From Malacoraja senta (Eukaryota): a stretch of DNA of 64,000 bases. The stretch covers positions 2,852,001 through 2,916,000 of the forward strand of contig CM075989.1 of NCBI GenBank assembly GCA_038087875.1, read 5' to 3'. Position 1 is the stretch's first letter, and each line of letters starts with the position of its first letter. This document shows positions 1 to 12,100 of this stretch, in pieces. Position numbers and translations under genes: made by a program. The notes beneath the pieces were generated by a model. It was not told the DNA's origin, made no database searches, and was given only the letters and a program-made list of their open reading frames with translations.

Positions 1-245
1 ACCTTGCCGTCCGTCCTATATAACCCAGTAAAATCTTGTAGTAGACCTCACCTCAGCAGTACACAAGTGTTGCCACACTACGTTCTATGTAAACCCAGCT
101 GACTAAGACTACCTTAGATGGGGCATTTTGGTTTTGATTAGCATGGACAGGTTGGATTGAAGGGCATGTTTCTGTTCTGTACTGTTCCATCTTCAATGTT
201 CTATGTAAACGTGGGCAAAAAGGTTGACATGGACATTGGGCAGTC

Positions 246-680
246 GTAGAGTCATAGAGGGATACAGTGTGAAAACAGGCCCTTCAGCCCAACTTTCCCA
301 CACTGGCCAACATGTCCCAGCTACACTAGTCCCACCTGCCTGTGTTTGGCCTGTATCCCTCCAAACCTGTCATATCCATGTACCTGTCTAACTGTTTCTT
401 AATGGTTGGGATAGTCCCAGCCTCAACTACCTGCTCTGGCAGCTTGTTCCATACACCCACCACTCTTTGTGTGAAAAAGGTACCTCTCAGATTCCTATTA
501 AATCTTTTCCCCTTCACTTTAAACCTATGTCCTCTTGTCCTCAATTCGCCTACCCTGGGCAAGAGACTGGGCATCTACCCGACCTATTCCTCTCATGATT
601 TTATACATCTCTATAAGATCATCCCTCATCCTCCTGCATTCCAAGGAATAGAGTCCCAGTCTACTCAATCTCTCCCTTTA
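246..680 (-). mobile_element. CR1-clade LINE 3' fragment
   Basis: ORF 326-574(-) 'TRGHRFKVKGKRFNRNLRGTFFTQRVVGVWNKLPEQVVEA...KKQLDRYM' is the CR1 ORF2 C-terminus; typical CR1 3' tail at the left. Confidence 0.9.
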
Positions 681-699
681 GCTTATTTGTCTCGATCTC

Positions 700-1370
700 A
701 GCAAAGCATTCAACAAGGTTCCACATGTTAGGCTGCTCTGGAAGGTTAGATCTCATGGGATCCAAGGAGAGATAGCTGAATTTGCTTCATGGAAGGAAGG
801 AGAGGGTGATGGTGGAAGGTTGCTTCTGTGACTGGAGGCCTGTGACTAGTGTAGTGGTGTGCCTCGGGGTTCGGTGCTGGGTCTGTTACTGTTTGCCATC
901 TCCATCAATGATTTGCATGAGAACGTAAATGGCAATATTAGCAAATTTGCAGATGATCCAAAAGTGGGTGGTTTTGCAGAAAGTGAAGATGGTTGTGAAA
1001 AATAGCAGCAGGGTATTGATCGGTGGGCTGAGGAATGGTTGATGGAATTTAATACAGAGAAATGTGAGGTGTTGCATTTTGGTACGTGTAATATGGACAG
1101 GACCTACACGGTGAAGAGTAGGGATCTGGGGAGTGTTGTAGAGCAGAGGGATCTAGGAGTGCAGGTGCATGGTTCCTTGAAGGTCGAGTCGCAGGTGGTT
1201 AGGGTGGTCAAAAAGGCTTTTGGCACATCGGCCTTCATCAGTCAGAGTATTGCATAAAGAAGTTGGGAGGTCATGTTGCAGTTACAATATATAAGACATT
1301 GATGAGGCTGCTTTGTGTTCAGTTCTGGACACCATGTTATAGGAAAGAGGTTGTCAAGCTGGAAAGGGTA
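700..1370 (+). mobile_element. CR1 RT-domain fragment (decayed)
   Basis: Translates to 'SKFADD' and 'MEFNTEKCEVLHFG...EQRDLGVQVH', with stops and frameshifts. Confidence 0.85.
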
Positions 1371-2734
1371 CTTTTCAGTACGAGCTCCTTTTAAGTACTT
1401 TTATGTGCTCCTCCTGTTTCCGTGCTGTATCTCTAAACTAAACGAAACTAAACTAATCACGGACATTGTGAGGCAAAGGGCCTGTTCCTGTGCTGTACAT
1501 AAAACACTAGGTGTCGGAGTAACCCAACAGGCCAGGCAGCATCTGTGGCGGGAATGAACAGCCGACATTTCAGGTCGGAAGCATTGGATTTCCCAAGAAG
1601 CAGATAGCGGGTTGCAGTTTAACCTTGTTGATTGTTACGGCTGCTGCACACTCATCTCCAGTTTACAGGAGCTTGTTGTATTTTCTACAGGAGCTGGGGA
1701 ACTACTTTGTAATGAAGACAGACACAAAATGCTGGAGTAACTCAGCAGGAGAGGCAGCATCTCAGGACCTGAACCGTCAGCCATTACTTCTCTCCAGAGA
1801 TGCTGCCGGTGCTGCCGAGTTACTCCAGCATTTTGTGTCTACCTTTGGTGTAAACCAGCATCTGCTGTTCCTTCCTAGACAAGTACTTTGTAATCACAGA
1901 GGGGGAGCAGCAATTTTACAAAAAAGCTGGAGTAACTCAGCGGGACAGGCAGCATCTCTGGAGAGAAGTACTTTGTAATGTGGTTCAAAAGTTAGCCAGT
2001 GTTATTTTCAGTTCTTGTGCTTTCCCAAGAGTTAACTACAGTATGTGAGCTGTTGGGAAAGATGGTGCTTCAGGTTGTTGATGTGTCTCACTCACCTTTT
2101 TTTAATCAGACTCTCTTCACCCTCTAATATATATATATATAGACACGATTTATATTAAAGTTGGGTCTTTATTTTAAATGTCTCTAGTTTCAAGGATGGG
2201 AGAGGGGGGGTCACTTTACAGATGTTGATTTCATAGTTTGACTTTAATCAATGCTAGTGATGTATTCGCGGACAGAATTTGACAGCACCAAGGGAAAGTG
2301 GATGAAATACCAGCTCTAAACGTCCGTGGTGAGATCAAACAACATAAATCCAGCAGGTATGGAAAGCAGTAAACTTTGATGGTGGCCCTCATCGCAAGAA
2401 GGTACGTTTTTTATTTTGGTTTTGTCAAAGTTAATGCCAAGCAATTTGTGGGGAAATGGAACACCCTGTGTAATGGCACCGTTCTCGACAGGAGACCACA
2501 GGCCGTTTTTTAAGAATTAATACTGACACTGCTATTAATGTCATTATTGTTCCAGGTAACTTATAACCTCAACTATTCTCTGCTTCTTCCACAGCTAAGT
2601 ATTAATCTAAGGCAGCAACTATTGATCATGTGCCCAGCTGACATCAACCTCTACTTGCTTGTCCAGGGGGTTTTGATTGTGTTTAGAGTTTTTAAAGTCT
2701 GGACATACAGCATGGAAACAGGAACCTGCTGCTC

Positions 2735-3012
2735 GGTGGCGCAGCGGTCGAGTTGCTGCTTACACCTCCAGAGCTCCCGGTTCAATCCTGACTACCGGTG
2801 CTGTCTGTACAGAGTTTGTATGTTCTCCCTGTGATCTGTTTCTCCGGGAGATCCGGTTTCCTCCCACACTCCAAAGACATGCAGGTTTATAGATTAATTG
2901 GCTTGGTGAAATTGAAAATTGTCCCTAGTGAGTGTGGGATGGTGTTCGTGTGCGGGGATCGCTGATCGTCTCGGGCTCGGTGGGCCAAAGGACATGTTTC
3001 CACACTGTATCG
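2735..3012 (+). mobile_element. tRNA-derived SINE (HE1/V-SINE-like)
   Basis: A-box-like 'tggcgcagcgg', B-box 'ggttcaatcc', core 'ggtttcctcccacactccaaagac', CR1-like tail. Confidence 0.85.
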
Positions 3013-3661
3013 CTGCAGATGGAATAGTCAAGTCCTGATCCAAATCCTACCACTCAATGAGGAGAATACAGGACCATCACTGTGAGTAAACCACAGGTGG
3101 AAACCTAATTTCACATTGCTCTTCGAACCTTTGCAAACTCCTTCCAATCTTTCATGGACTCCAGAGACATCCTTGTATCCTTCCACATTGGGAAGCTCAG
3201 ACCAATTCCCTTCATTCATAGGAAGAAGCACAAGTGTCCCATTATCCCTAAGATAGTTGCTACACTCAACCTCTCTGTGGATTATTCCCCACCTTAGGTG
3301 CACAGCTCATCATTCCATTTGCCAACTGCAGTTCCCGACTTTTTTCTCTTTTCTCCACATTGTAAAATGGAAGAGATTGCGTGCCTTAAGTCAGATATTG
3401 ATTGTAAGTCTGCCCTTGCTGATGTCATTTTAACCCTTATCAACTGAGGGTATTAATACTCTACGAACACTGAAAAACTTGATGGAACTTGTAAAGACAG
3501 GAACCAGAAAGATTGGGTGACCCCAAAATATAATTGATATCCAACACAATCTAACAATGTCATGCAGAGCCATTCTAACATCCAACAAGAAAATGACGTC
3601 ATTTAATGGAATACTGAAATAAATTTTCAGTTCATCCAAATCAAGTTCCTTCAGTTTAGTT

Positions 3662-3790
3662 TAGGAAGGAACTGCAGATGCTGGTATCAACCGAAGATAG
3701 ACACAAAAAGCTGGAGTAACTCAACATATCAGGTAGAATCTCTGGAGAAAAGGAATAGGTGACGTTTCGGGTCGAGACCCTTCTTCAGTT
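3662..3790 (-). mobile_element. Penelope-like terminal-repeat fragment with minimal type I hammerhead motif
   Basis: Minus strand 3758-3790 reads CTGAAGA-A-GGG-TCTCGA-CCC-GAAACGTC. Confidence 0.75.
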
Positions 3791-4092
3791 TAGTTTTTTA
3801 TTTAGTTTAGTTTAGAGATGCAGCCTTGTAAACAGGCCTTTTGGCCCACCAAGTCCATGCCGTATACTAGCACTACCCTACACACAAGGGACGCTTTACA
3901 ATTCTTTCCAAAGACAATTAACCTACAAACCTGTACGTCATTGGGGTGTGGGAGGAAACTAGAGCTCCTGGAGAAAACCCATGTGGTCACGGGGAGAACG
4001 TACAAACTCTGTACAGACAGCACCCGTGGTCAGGATCGAACCCAGGTCTCTGGCCCTGCAAGGCAGCAACTCTACCGCTGCACCATCATGCC
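3790..4092 (-). mobile_element. HE1/V-SINE-like SINE
   Basis: Reverse complement of the same SINE family with a (TAAAC)n tail. Confidence 0.85.
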
Positions 4093-4696
4093 GTCCTAAT
4101 CCAACAGTGAAGAAGCAAACTTACACCCAATATTAATGTCAATTTTGAATCCACCCTAAATTAAAACAGCAATGAATACATGAAATATGGAGAATTAAAC
4201 AAAAACAAGATTAAGGAGTTGATGCAACAGTTGAGCAATTAGCTGGAGAAAGAGGTCTTTAATTTGGATTCAGGAACTCTCCAGAGATTCTCTGGCACAC
4301 ATAGAGAAGCAAATTTGTTTCATCAATCATTGGAATGTAGCCCTTCCTCATCGTTGGTAGCTGCCATCTGTGATCCAGGAAGCAAGAACGTAGTCTGTTA
4401 GCGTCGATGCCCATCTTATACACACATAATCTTTTAAAAATAGCAACATGGGCAAGAGCCTGATCTGAGGACCGTTTATTGGCAGATACTCATCAAACTA
4501 ATGGCAAAACAAACTGATACATTTGTCGCCCTTTCTATTCCTATTAAACGACTTACGTTCTCAACTAAAAACGCACAAAATGCGTAGGAAGGAACTGCAG
4601 ATGCTGGTTTACACCGAAGATAGACACGAAAAGCTGGAGTAACACAGCGGGCCAGCAGGCATCTCTGGAGAAAAGGAATAGGTGACGTTTCAGGTC

Positions 4697-4831
4697 TTCT
4701 TCTTGCGTATGGCGTGCACAGCCTAAAGTTGTAAGACAACTTGTTCTGTTTGATCTTCTGTTTGTGCACGCCAGGTTGATTGCATTCGTCGAAACAGGGT
4801 GGACCACGTGAAGGTTGCAATCTCCCACCCC
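4697..4831 (-). mobile_element. 135-bp non-autonomous retroelement: 5' HDV-like ribozyme, 3' stem-loop, (AAG)n tail
   Basis: Flanked by 10-bp TSD gtttcaggtc (4687-4696 / 4832-4841); 11-bp stem 4710-4720 / 4763-4773; ends ...ccatacgcaagaagaa on the minus strand. Confidence 0.8.
4778..4831 (-). ncRNA. Minimal HDV-like self-cleaving ribozyme (predicted)
   Basis: GGGGUGG GA GAUUGCA ACC UUCACGU GGU CCACCCU GU UUCG A CGAA UGCAAUC: P1 7 bp with G1-U wobble, P2 7 bp, P3 3 bp, L3 UUCACGU, catalytic-type CGAA J4/2, P4 nearly absent. Confidence 0.8.
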
Positions 4832-6239
4832 GTTTCAGGTCGAGACCTTTCTTAAGACGGAGAGTCATGGGAGATGGAAACGAGAGATATGAAAAAGTAT
4901 GAAAGAAAAAAAGCATGAAACCGCATTAAATCAAATATAAGGTCATAAGATCATGTGATAGGAATAGAATTAGGCCATTCAGCCCATCAAGTCTACTTTA
5001 CCATTCAATCATGGCTGATCTATCTCTCCCTCCTTAATTCCATTCTCCTGCCTTCTCCCCATTACCTCTGACACCCGTCAATATGGTCAACAATTTGGTG
5101 ATGTGACCCAACTTTCAAACAGCTTTTAAACTTCTGTACCAATACTCAATAGGATGAATTATTTCCATGTGAATATTTTTCATCTGTGCAAGGTCCACGT
5201 TATCACCATGGGATTATCGAGCTCACTACAGATGGAATGTAACATGTTTATCAGGCACATTCTAATTTGTCTCTCCACTCGAATGATCAATAGTCTAGAC
5301 CTCATTTTGCAACAAATACAACAATCCATGTTTTAGCTCAATGTCATTGTATAGTAAAAGAAAAAGACACAAAGTGCTGGAGTAACCCAGCAGGTCAGGC
5401 AGTATCTCTGGAGAACATGGATAGGTGACGTTTCAGGTCGGGTCCCTTCCAACATATCGCCTATCTATGTTCCCCAGAGATGCTGCCTGACCCGTTGAAT
5501 TACTCCAGCACTTTGTGTCTTTTTTTGTAAACCAGCATCTGCAGTTTCATGTGTCATTAATGGCCATTAGTGTGCCTGGTCCTAGAGTATACACACTCCT
5601 GAAGGGGACAATTCTACAAGGCTCTTCACAGATCCAAATCCATCCCGTCAGGCAGAGGGTTGAAATTCCAGGCGTTAATCCTGGGTCCTGGTATTGTCCG
5701 CACTTTGTCCATTCCAAATGGCCGCCCTGTTAGAGTCATAGAGTCATACAGTGTGAAAGCAGGCCCTTCGGCCCAACTTGCCCACACCGACCAACATGCC
5801 CCATCTACACTAGTCCCACCTGACTGTCATATAATCCCTTATATAATCCCATAATCCCTTTAAACCTATGTTATCCATGTGCCTGTCTAAATGTTTCTTA
5901 AATGTTGCAATAGTACTTGCCTCAGCTACCTCCTCCGGCAGCTCATTCCATACACCCACTACCTTTTGTATTATTCATGTCAAGCAACCAAAACATGTAT
6001 CCAGAAGATTCAATGTAATATTTTAGTTTGAACAGGTTGCCAACCATTTCTCGTGGCTAATGCTCTTGGAAACTGTAAATAATAGAAAATCAGGAACAGG
6101 GGAGCACTTGAGATATTTTTTTAAACAAATGATGCATTTATTTAAAGAGTGAGACTTCATGATGGAACTTTGTGAGGTCACAGCTGGAGGATACAGTGCC
6201 TAGCGGTCATTCACTTTCATGAAGAGATGTGATCATAAC

Positions 6240-6510
6240 CGGCTTTTATCAGGCAACTGAACCATCCTACCAACAAATAGAGAGCTGTCCTGAACTACTA
6301 TCTACCTCATTGGAGACCCTCAATGTCTGAGGGTCTCCATTAAGATTTACTGGCTTAATCTTGCACTAAACACTATTCATGTTATTCCCTTTATCATGTA
6401 GCTGTACACTGTGGATGGCCCGATTGTAACCATGTATTGCCTTTCAGCTGACTGGTTAGCACGCAACAAAAGATTTTCACTGTACCTCGTGACAATAAAC
6501 TAAACTAAAC
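6240..6510 (+). mobile_element. Rex1/Babar-like LINE 3' end
   Basis: The 'ttatcaggcaactgaaccatcc...ttttcactgtacctc...gacaataaactaaac' tail recurs in the window next to Rex1-like ORF2 C-termini (e.g. 'PSGKRHRRLKTHTSRFR'). Confidence 0.6.
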
Positions 6511-7339
6511 CCAATATATATGGGGGTGAGATAAATTTCATGAAGATGTTACCAGCTGGTTGAGTTTTTGTGATGAGGAAAGGTTGCTAAGGCCGGATGT
6601 TTTGATGAAAAAAAAGTTTTGTTTAATAGAGGAGCATAAAAATTATGAGGCCCTAATTCTGGTTGAAGAGCGATCAATTATTAAGGAAGATGGGCTTAAT
6701 TGAAATAAACATTGGAGAGGTTTTGAGGGAACTTTACCCCAAATGTTTTTGAGTCTGGGATAGACTCCTGAAAAGGTGGAGGTGGCAGAAACCAACGTTA
6801 GCTTGAAGAAGTGTTTGATGAACATTTGGAGCAAAGGGCGTAAGGTCATAAGGTGATAAGTGACCTTACAATGTACAAGGGAAGGGATGGGGAGGTAGGA
6901 AGTGGCATTCGGCCAGATGGCATTTGTATGGCTGGTACTAACAAAATGGGCCAAGAATGAATCAAGTACTATTCATGTCAAACAAACGTCAAAACAAGCT
7001 CTGATCTAAGTAGGGGCATTGGTTTCTGTCTTTTTGCACTATTATTACTTATTTGATTTATGTGAATGTATGTATGTATAGACGGTAGACAAAAGTGCTG
7101 GAGAAACTCAGCGGGTGAGGCAGCATTTATGGAGCGAAGGAAATATGCAACGTTTCGGGCCGAAACCCTTCTTTAGACTCTGGCTCAGACTATGTATGTA
7201 TATAAGTATATTGAAGATTTTTTCCTCGTTTATTTTATTGATCACAGTGTACATATTGTGTTGTGCTGTTGCAAGTAAGAATTTCATTGTTCTGTCTGGG
7301 ATATATGACAATAAAATTAGACTCTTGACTCTTGAAAAA

Positions 7340-7650
7340 GGCGGCACAGTGGCGCAGTGATGGAGTTGCTGCCTTACAGCGCCAGAGACTTGGGTTCAAT
7401 CCTGACTACGGGTGCTGTCTGTACGGAGTTTGTACGTTTTCCCCATGATCTGCGTGGGTTTTCTCAGGGTGCTCCGGTTTCCTCCCACACTCCAAAGACG
7501 TACAGGTTTGCAGGTTAATTGGCTTGGTAAAATTGTAAATTGTCCCTAGTGTGTGTAGGATAGTGTTAGTGTGTGGGGATCGCTCGTCGGTGCGGACTCG
7601 GTGGGCCGAAGGGGCCTGTTCCTGCGGTGTATCTCTAAACTAAACAAAAC
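7340..7650 (+). mobile_element. HE1/V-SINE-like SINE
   Basis: Full-length copy with A/B boxes, core and tail. Confidence 0.9.
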
Positions 7651-8157
7651 TGCTCAACTAGAAACCCTGACGAAACTCCATCCTTGCTACTATGTGTGGT
7701 CCAATCCTCCATAAGGCATGTTAACCAAAGTCAACATCGGTAAAATACATAGAAGCATTTCAGTTCTACCACACAGGATCCTCATCACATTAGAGCCAAG
7801 CAGTATGGGTGGCCTGTTGGGGGGAGTGTGCAGTGAGCATGGCTCAGACCAGATTTGTCAAAAAAAACAGCATGTTGATTTTCAATTAAAGTTGATACTA
7901 AGTGACTGCATATTGCACTGTTCATTGTTGTGTGTTGTATCCTGAGGCAGCACTTTACACATTTTTGCTCAGTGACATTTTGCGTGAATGAGTAAATATT
8001 GTGTGGGCTCCTTGCCAACCAGCCTGCTGGGGTTTGCATCCTCATTGCAGATGCACAAGTTCACCAAAGTAACTGCCTCAGATCTACAGCAACAAATTGC
8101 AGGGCTCGTGCCTTCTCTCCATGACGAAACTTCCTTGAAAGGACCAAGCTTTATTTT

Positions 8158-8351
8158 GTGTAGGAAGGAACTTCAGATGCTGGTTTCAACCGAAGATAGA
8201 CATAAAATGCTAGAGTAACTCAGCGGGTCAGGCAGCATCTCTGAAGAGAAGGAATGATTCGCAAGAAGGGTCTTGACCCAAAACGTCACCCATTCCTTCT
8301 TTCCAGAGATGCTGAAAGTCCCGCTAAGTTACTCCAGCATTTTGTGTCCAT
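8158..8351. mobile_element. Fold-back Penelope-terminal-repeat element with TSD
   Basis: Inverted arms (tgctagagtaactcagcggg...agcatctctg / cagagatgctg...ccgctaagttactccagca); flanking duplication ccaagctttattttg. Confidence 0.65.
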
Positions 8352-8421
8352 CCAAGCTTTATTTTGGCAGCTTGAAGCTTGGCTGTTCCCGTCATCTTGC
8401 TTAACTCAACTTGTTCCCCCG

Positions 8422-8732
8422 GTGGCACGGCAGCGCAGTGGTAGAGTTGCTGCCTTACAGCACCAGAGACCCCGATTCGATCCTCACTACGGATGCTGTC
8501 TGTACGGAGTTTGTATATGCTCCTCATGACCTGTGTGGGTTTTCTCCAGGATCTTTGGTTTCCTACCACACTCCAAAGACGTAAAGGTTTGTAGACTTAT
8601 TGACTTGGTAACATTGTAAATTGTCCCTAGTGTGTGTAGGATAGTGTTAATGTGTGGGATTCGCTGGTCGGCGCGGACTCGGTGAGCCGAAGGGCCTGTT
8701 TCCGTCCTCTATCTCTAAACAAAACTAAACTA
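8422..8732 (+). mobile_element. HE1/V-SINE-like SINE
   Basis: Full-length copy. Confidence 0.9.
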
Positions 8733-11127
8733 AGGTATGAATTTATTTTTTGCAAAGAGTCAATAATTGAGGTGATGGGGAAGGGATAACTTGGGTTGAT
8801 GTAAAGATAAATGAATATCCATTCTTATTGTACTGGCAAGTAATTTCTCCGAGTTGGAACATAATATGGAAAATGAGATCTGGATAGCAAGATGGAAAGT
8901 TGGAAAAGGGAAAAAGTCTAACTACTAAAAACAAGCGGGTTCGCAAAAGGAAAAAAAATATCTGAACCCAAAACAATACATCTTTCTTTCTTTCTTTTAA
9001 AATCTTTTTATTGTTTTGTTTCCAAAAAACAAAAACAAAACATAAAAAACAGAGCAAAAAGAATAATGATAAACATAACAATGGTATTGATACATAGGGA
9101 TCAGGATTACATTAATAACAGGTATAACCTAACATGAGACCAGTGTCAAAATACACATTGAATATAGACCTCTATGTAAATATAGTTAAATCTTTAAAAG
9201 AGAACTTATAAATGTAGAAAAAAACAAAGATAAAAAGACAAAAAGAAAAGGAAAATAGGAAAAAACAAAACCCCCCTAAACTAAAGAAAAAAAGAAAGGA
9301 AGAAAAAAATATATATATATATAAAAATAAAATAAATAAAAACAAAGCAAAGCAAAACAGAATCTGAACTGAGAATTTCAACAATTTAAGTCTGTTTGTC
9401 GTCAAGTCCGTTCCACCATATACAGGTAAAATAGTTTTTATAACGGTTAAAGAGGGAGCAATTTATGTTGTATGAAAGTGTTGAATAAAATTTCCCCAAG
9501 TCTTATCAAATTTAACCAAGGGTTCAACAATGTCACTTCTGATTTTTTCTAAATTTAAACATGATATCGTTTCAGAATACCACTGGAGTGTGGTCGGAGG
9601 GTTGGAGTCTTTCCATTTAAATAAAATAGATCTTCTGGCGATTAATGTGGTAAAAGCAATCAACCGATGGGCGGAGCGGGACAAATGAATAAAATCTAAC
9701 ATTGGTAGCCCAAAAATTGCAGTAATAGGATGAGGTTGTAAATCTATACCTAAGACTACAGAAATAGTATCAAAAATGTCTTTCCAATATTTTTCTAAAA
9801 GTGGGCAGGACCAAAACATATGGGTCAGTGAGGCCACTTCAGAGTTACATCTGTCACAGGTAGGATTTATATGACCATAAAAACGAGCCAACTTATCTTT
9901 TGACATATGAGCTCTGTGAACCACCTTGAATTGTATCAGAGCGTGTCTTGTACACATTGAAGAGGTATTGACTAATTGAAGAATCCTCTCCCATTTCTCT
10001 ATAGATAGAGAAATTTGGACTTCTCTTTCCCAGTCATTCTTAATTTTATCAAATATATCTATTTGTAATTTCAAAATCAACTCATAAATAGTCGTTATTA
10101 ATCCTTTCTTTTTTAAATTTTTTTATTAGAAGTATTGTACAATGCAGTGATCTCAAACAAACATAAAATTATAAATTTCTTGTACCACTTCTTATTTTAA
10201 ACTTTAATAAGAAAAAGGATAGAAAGGATAGAAAGAGTTAGCAGAATAGTAAGTGAGTGAGTGAAAGAGTGGTCCAGGGAAACCCATTGGGACCTAAACC
10301 ACAAGAAAGAGTTAAACAAAAAGAAAAAAACAAAAGAAGGAAAAAGAAAGAAAAGTAAAATAAGATAAGACAAGATAAAAGGGATGTACCTACATTTTTC
10401 CACATTTTTATCGTTGGCGTGGGAGCGTTTTTCCAGAATTTCAGTATAAGTTTTTTTGCCATTATTAAGCCATAATTAAGGAAGCTCTTTTAAAACGAAG
10501 TCAGCTCCAAACTGGCTTCGATTGTTCCAAAAATGATCAGTTCTGCATTCAGTTTTATTTTAAATAATTTCGTAAAAATTTCAAAGATTTCATTCCAAAA
10601 TTTTTGAATTTTTATACAAAAAACAAAAGAATCAGCTATAGTTGCTTCTTGGGTTAGACATTTATCACAGATAGAAGAGACATTTGGGTAAAATTTACTT
10701 ATTTTAGCTTTTGAGTAGTATAGTCTATGTAAAGTTTTAAATTGAATTAGAATGTGTCTTACATTAATCGAGCATTTATGCACATATAACAAGTGTTTAT
10801 CCCAACTCTCTTTCGAGATTTTTATAGCAAGTTCTTGTTCCCAGTCTCTTCTAATCCTATCAGATGATGGTATTTCTATATTTAGGATGGTATTATACAA
10901 GTATGATATTAAATTAGTTGATACCGCTTTTATATTCATTGCATCGTCTAATAGGTCTGGAGACATCTTTTGATATTCTTGTGTATATTTTTTCAAATAG
11001 TCACGGATTTAAAAATATTTAAAATATTGATTACTACTCAAGTTGTATTTAAGTTGTAGTTGGTGAAATGATTTTAAAAAAACTTCCATTATCATACATG
11101 TCTCCAAATGTTTTAATTCCTAATCTA

Positions 11128-11969
11128 GATACAAGATACATTTATTTGCCACATGTACCAGTTGGTACAGTGAAATGTGTGGTCACCATACAGCCATACA
11201 ATAAAATAAAGAATACAACACACGATAGAGTCCAACATAAAACATCCCCACACAGCAGAATCAATTGTTTCCCACTGTGAGGGAAGGCACCAAAGTCAGT
11301 CCTCTTCCTGTGATGTTTCTCCGTGGTCAGGGCCTCCGGAGCCCTCCACAGTCGGCGCTACGGGTGGCCCGCCGCTCAGGCCCGCTCGCCGGGATGTTGG
11401 AACTCCGACGTCGGAACGGGAGGCCAACCCCAGCGGCTTGGACCTATGAATCGGCAGGCTACCCACCGGAGTCTGTGACTCCCGAAGTCCCCAGGCCGCG
11501 CCGGGCGGGGACTCACACAGGCGGCCCTCGGCAAAGGACTCCAGGGACTCCCCGATGTTGGTCAGCGCCGCCCGCGCTGGGTGCTCCACGGACCACAGCT
11601 CCATGATGTCGACGCTGCAGGCCCAACGCTCCGGAGCTTCAAACGGCGACCCAGGTAGGCATCGGCCGCTCCGTGGTGAATCCAGCGCCGCGCCGCCGCA
11701 GCTCTGGTCCGGTCCCCGGTCTCCGGTAGGAAAGGCCGCTCTGATCCAGATGGTAGGCCGCGTGGAGGGGGGTGAGGACGCGACTCGGAGAAATAGTCAC
11801 ATCCTCGCCAGGAAGCGACTGGGAAACGTTATCCCCCTTACCCTACCCTCCTCCCCCACATAAAAAACTAAAGAATTCCCAAAACAAACTGGTCAGACAA
11901 ACTAAAATAAAAAAATGATAGGAAAAAATGAACAGACAGTAGGCAGAGGCTGCCTTCAATGCGGCGTCC
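11128..11969 (-). mobile_element. GC-rich non-autonomous element with Rex1/L2-type 3' tail
   Basis: Interrupts L1-B ORF2; CpG-rich body; minus-strand tail ...catttcactgtaccaactggtacatgtggcaaataaatgtatcttgtatc. Confidence 0.6.
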
Positions 11970-12100
11970 CAGTGTGTAAAAGATTTATCTATAATAGATG
12001 GTTTAAACGACGGATTATTCACTATAGGTGAAAGAAGCGATAGATTTCTTAATTTTAAAGTTAATTTTATTTGTTTCCAAATTCTAATTGTACTGTGAAT

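Noticed and set aside
3028..3655. ORFs 3028-3303 and 3430-3639 as a host gene
   Set aside because: No recognisable domain or splice structure; possibly an ancient decayed element, left unassigned.
7340..7420. tRNA genes at SINE heads
   Set aside because: A/B boxes are present but there is no complete cloverleaf; they are SINE 5' ends.
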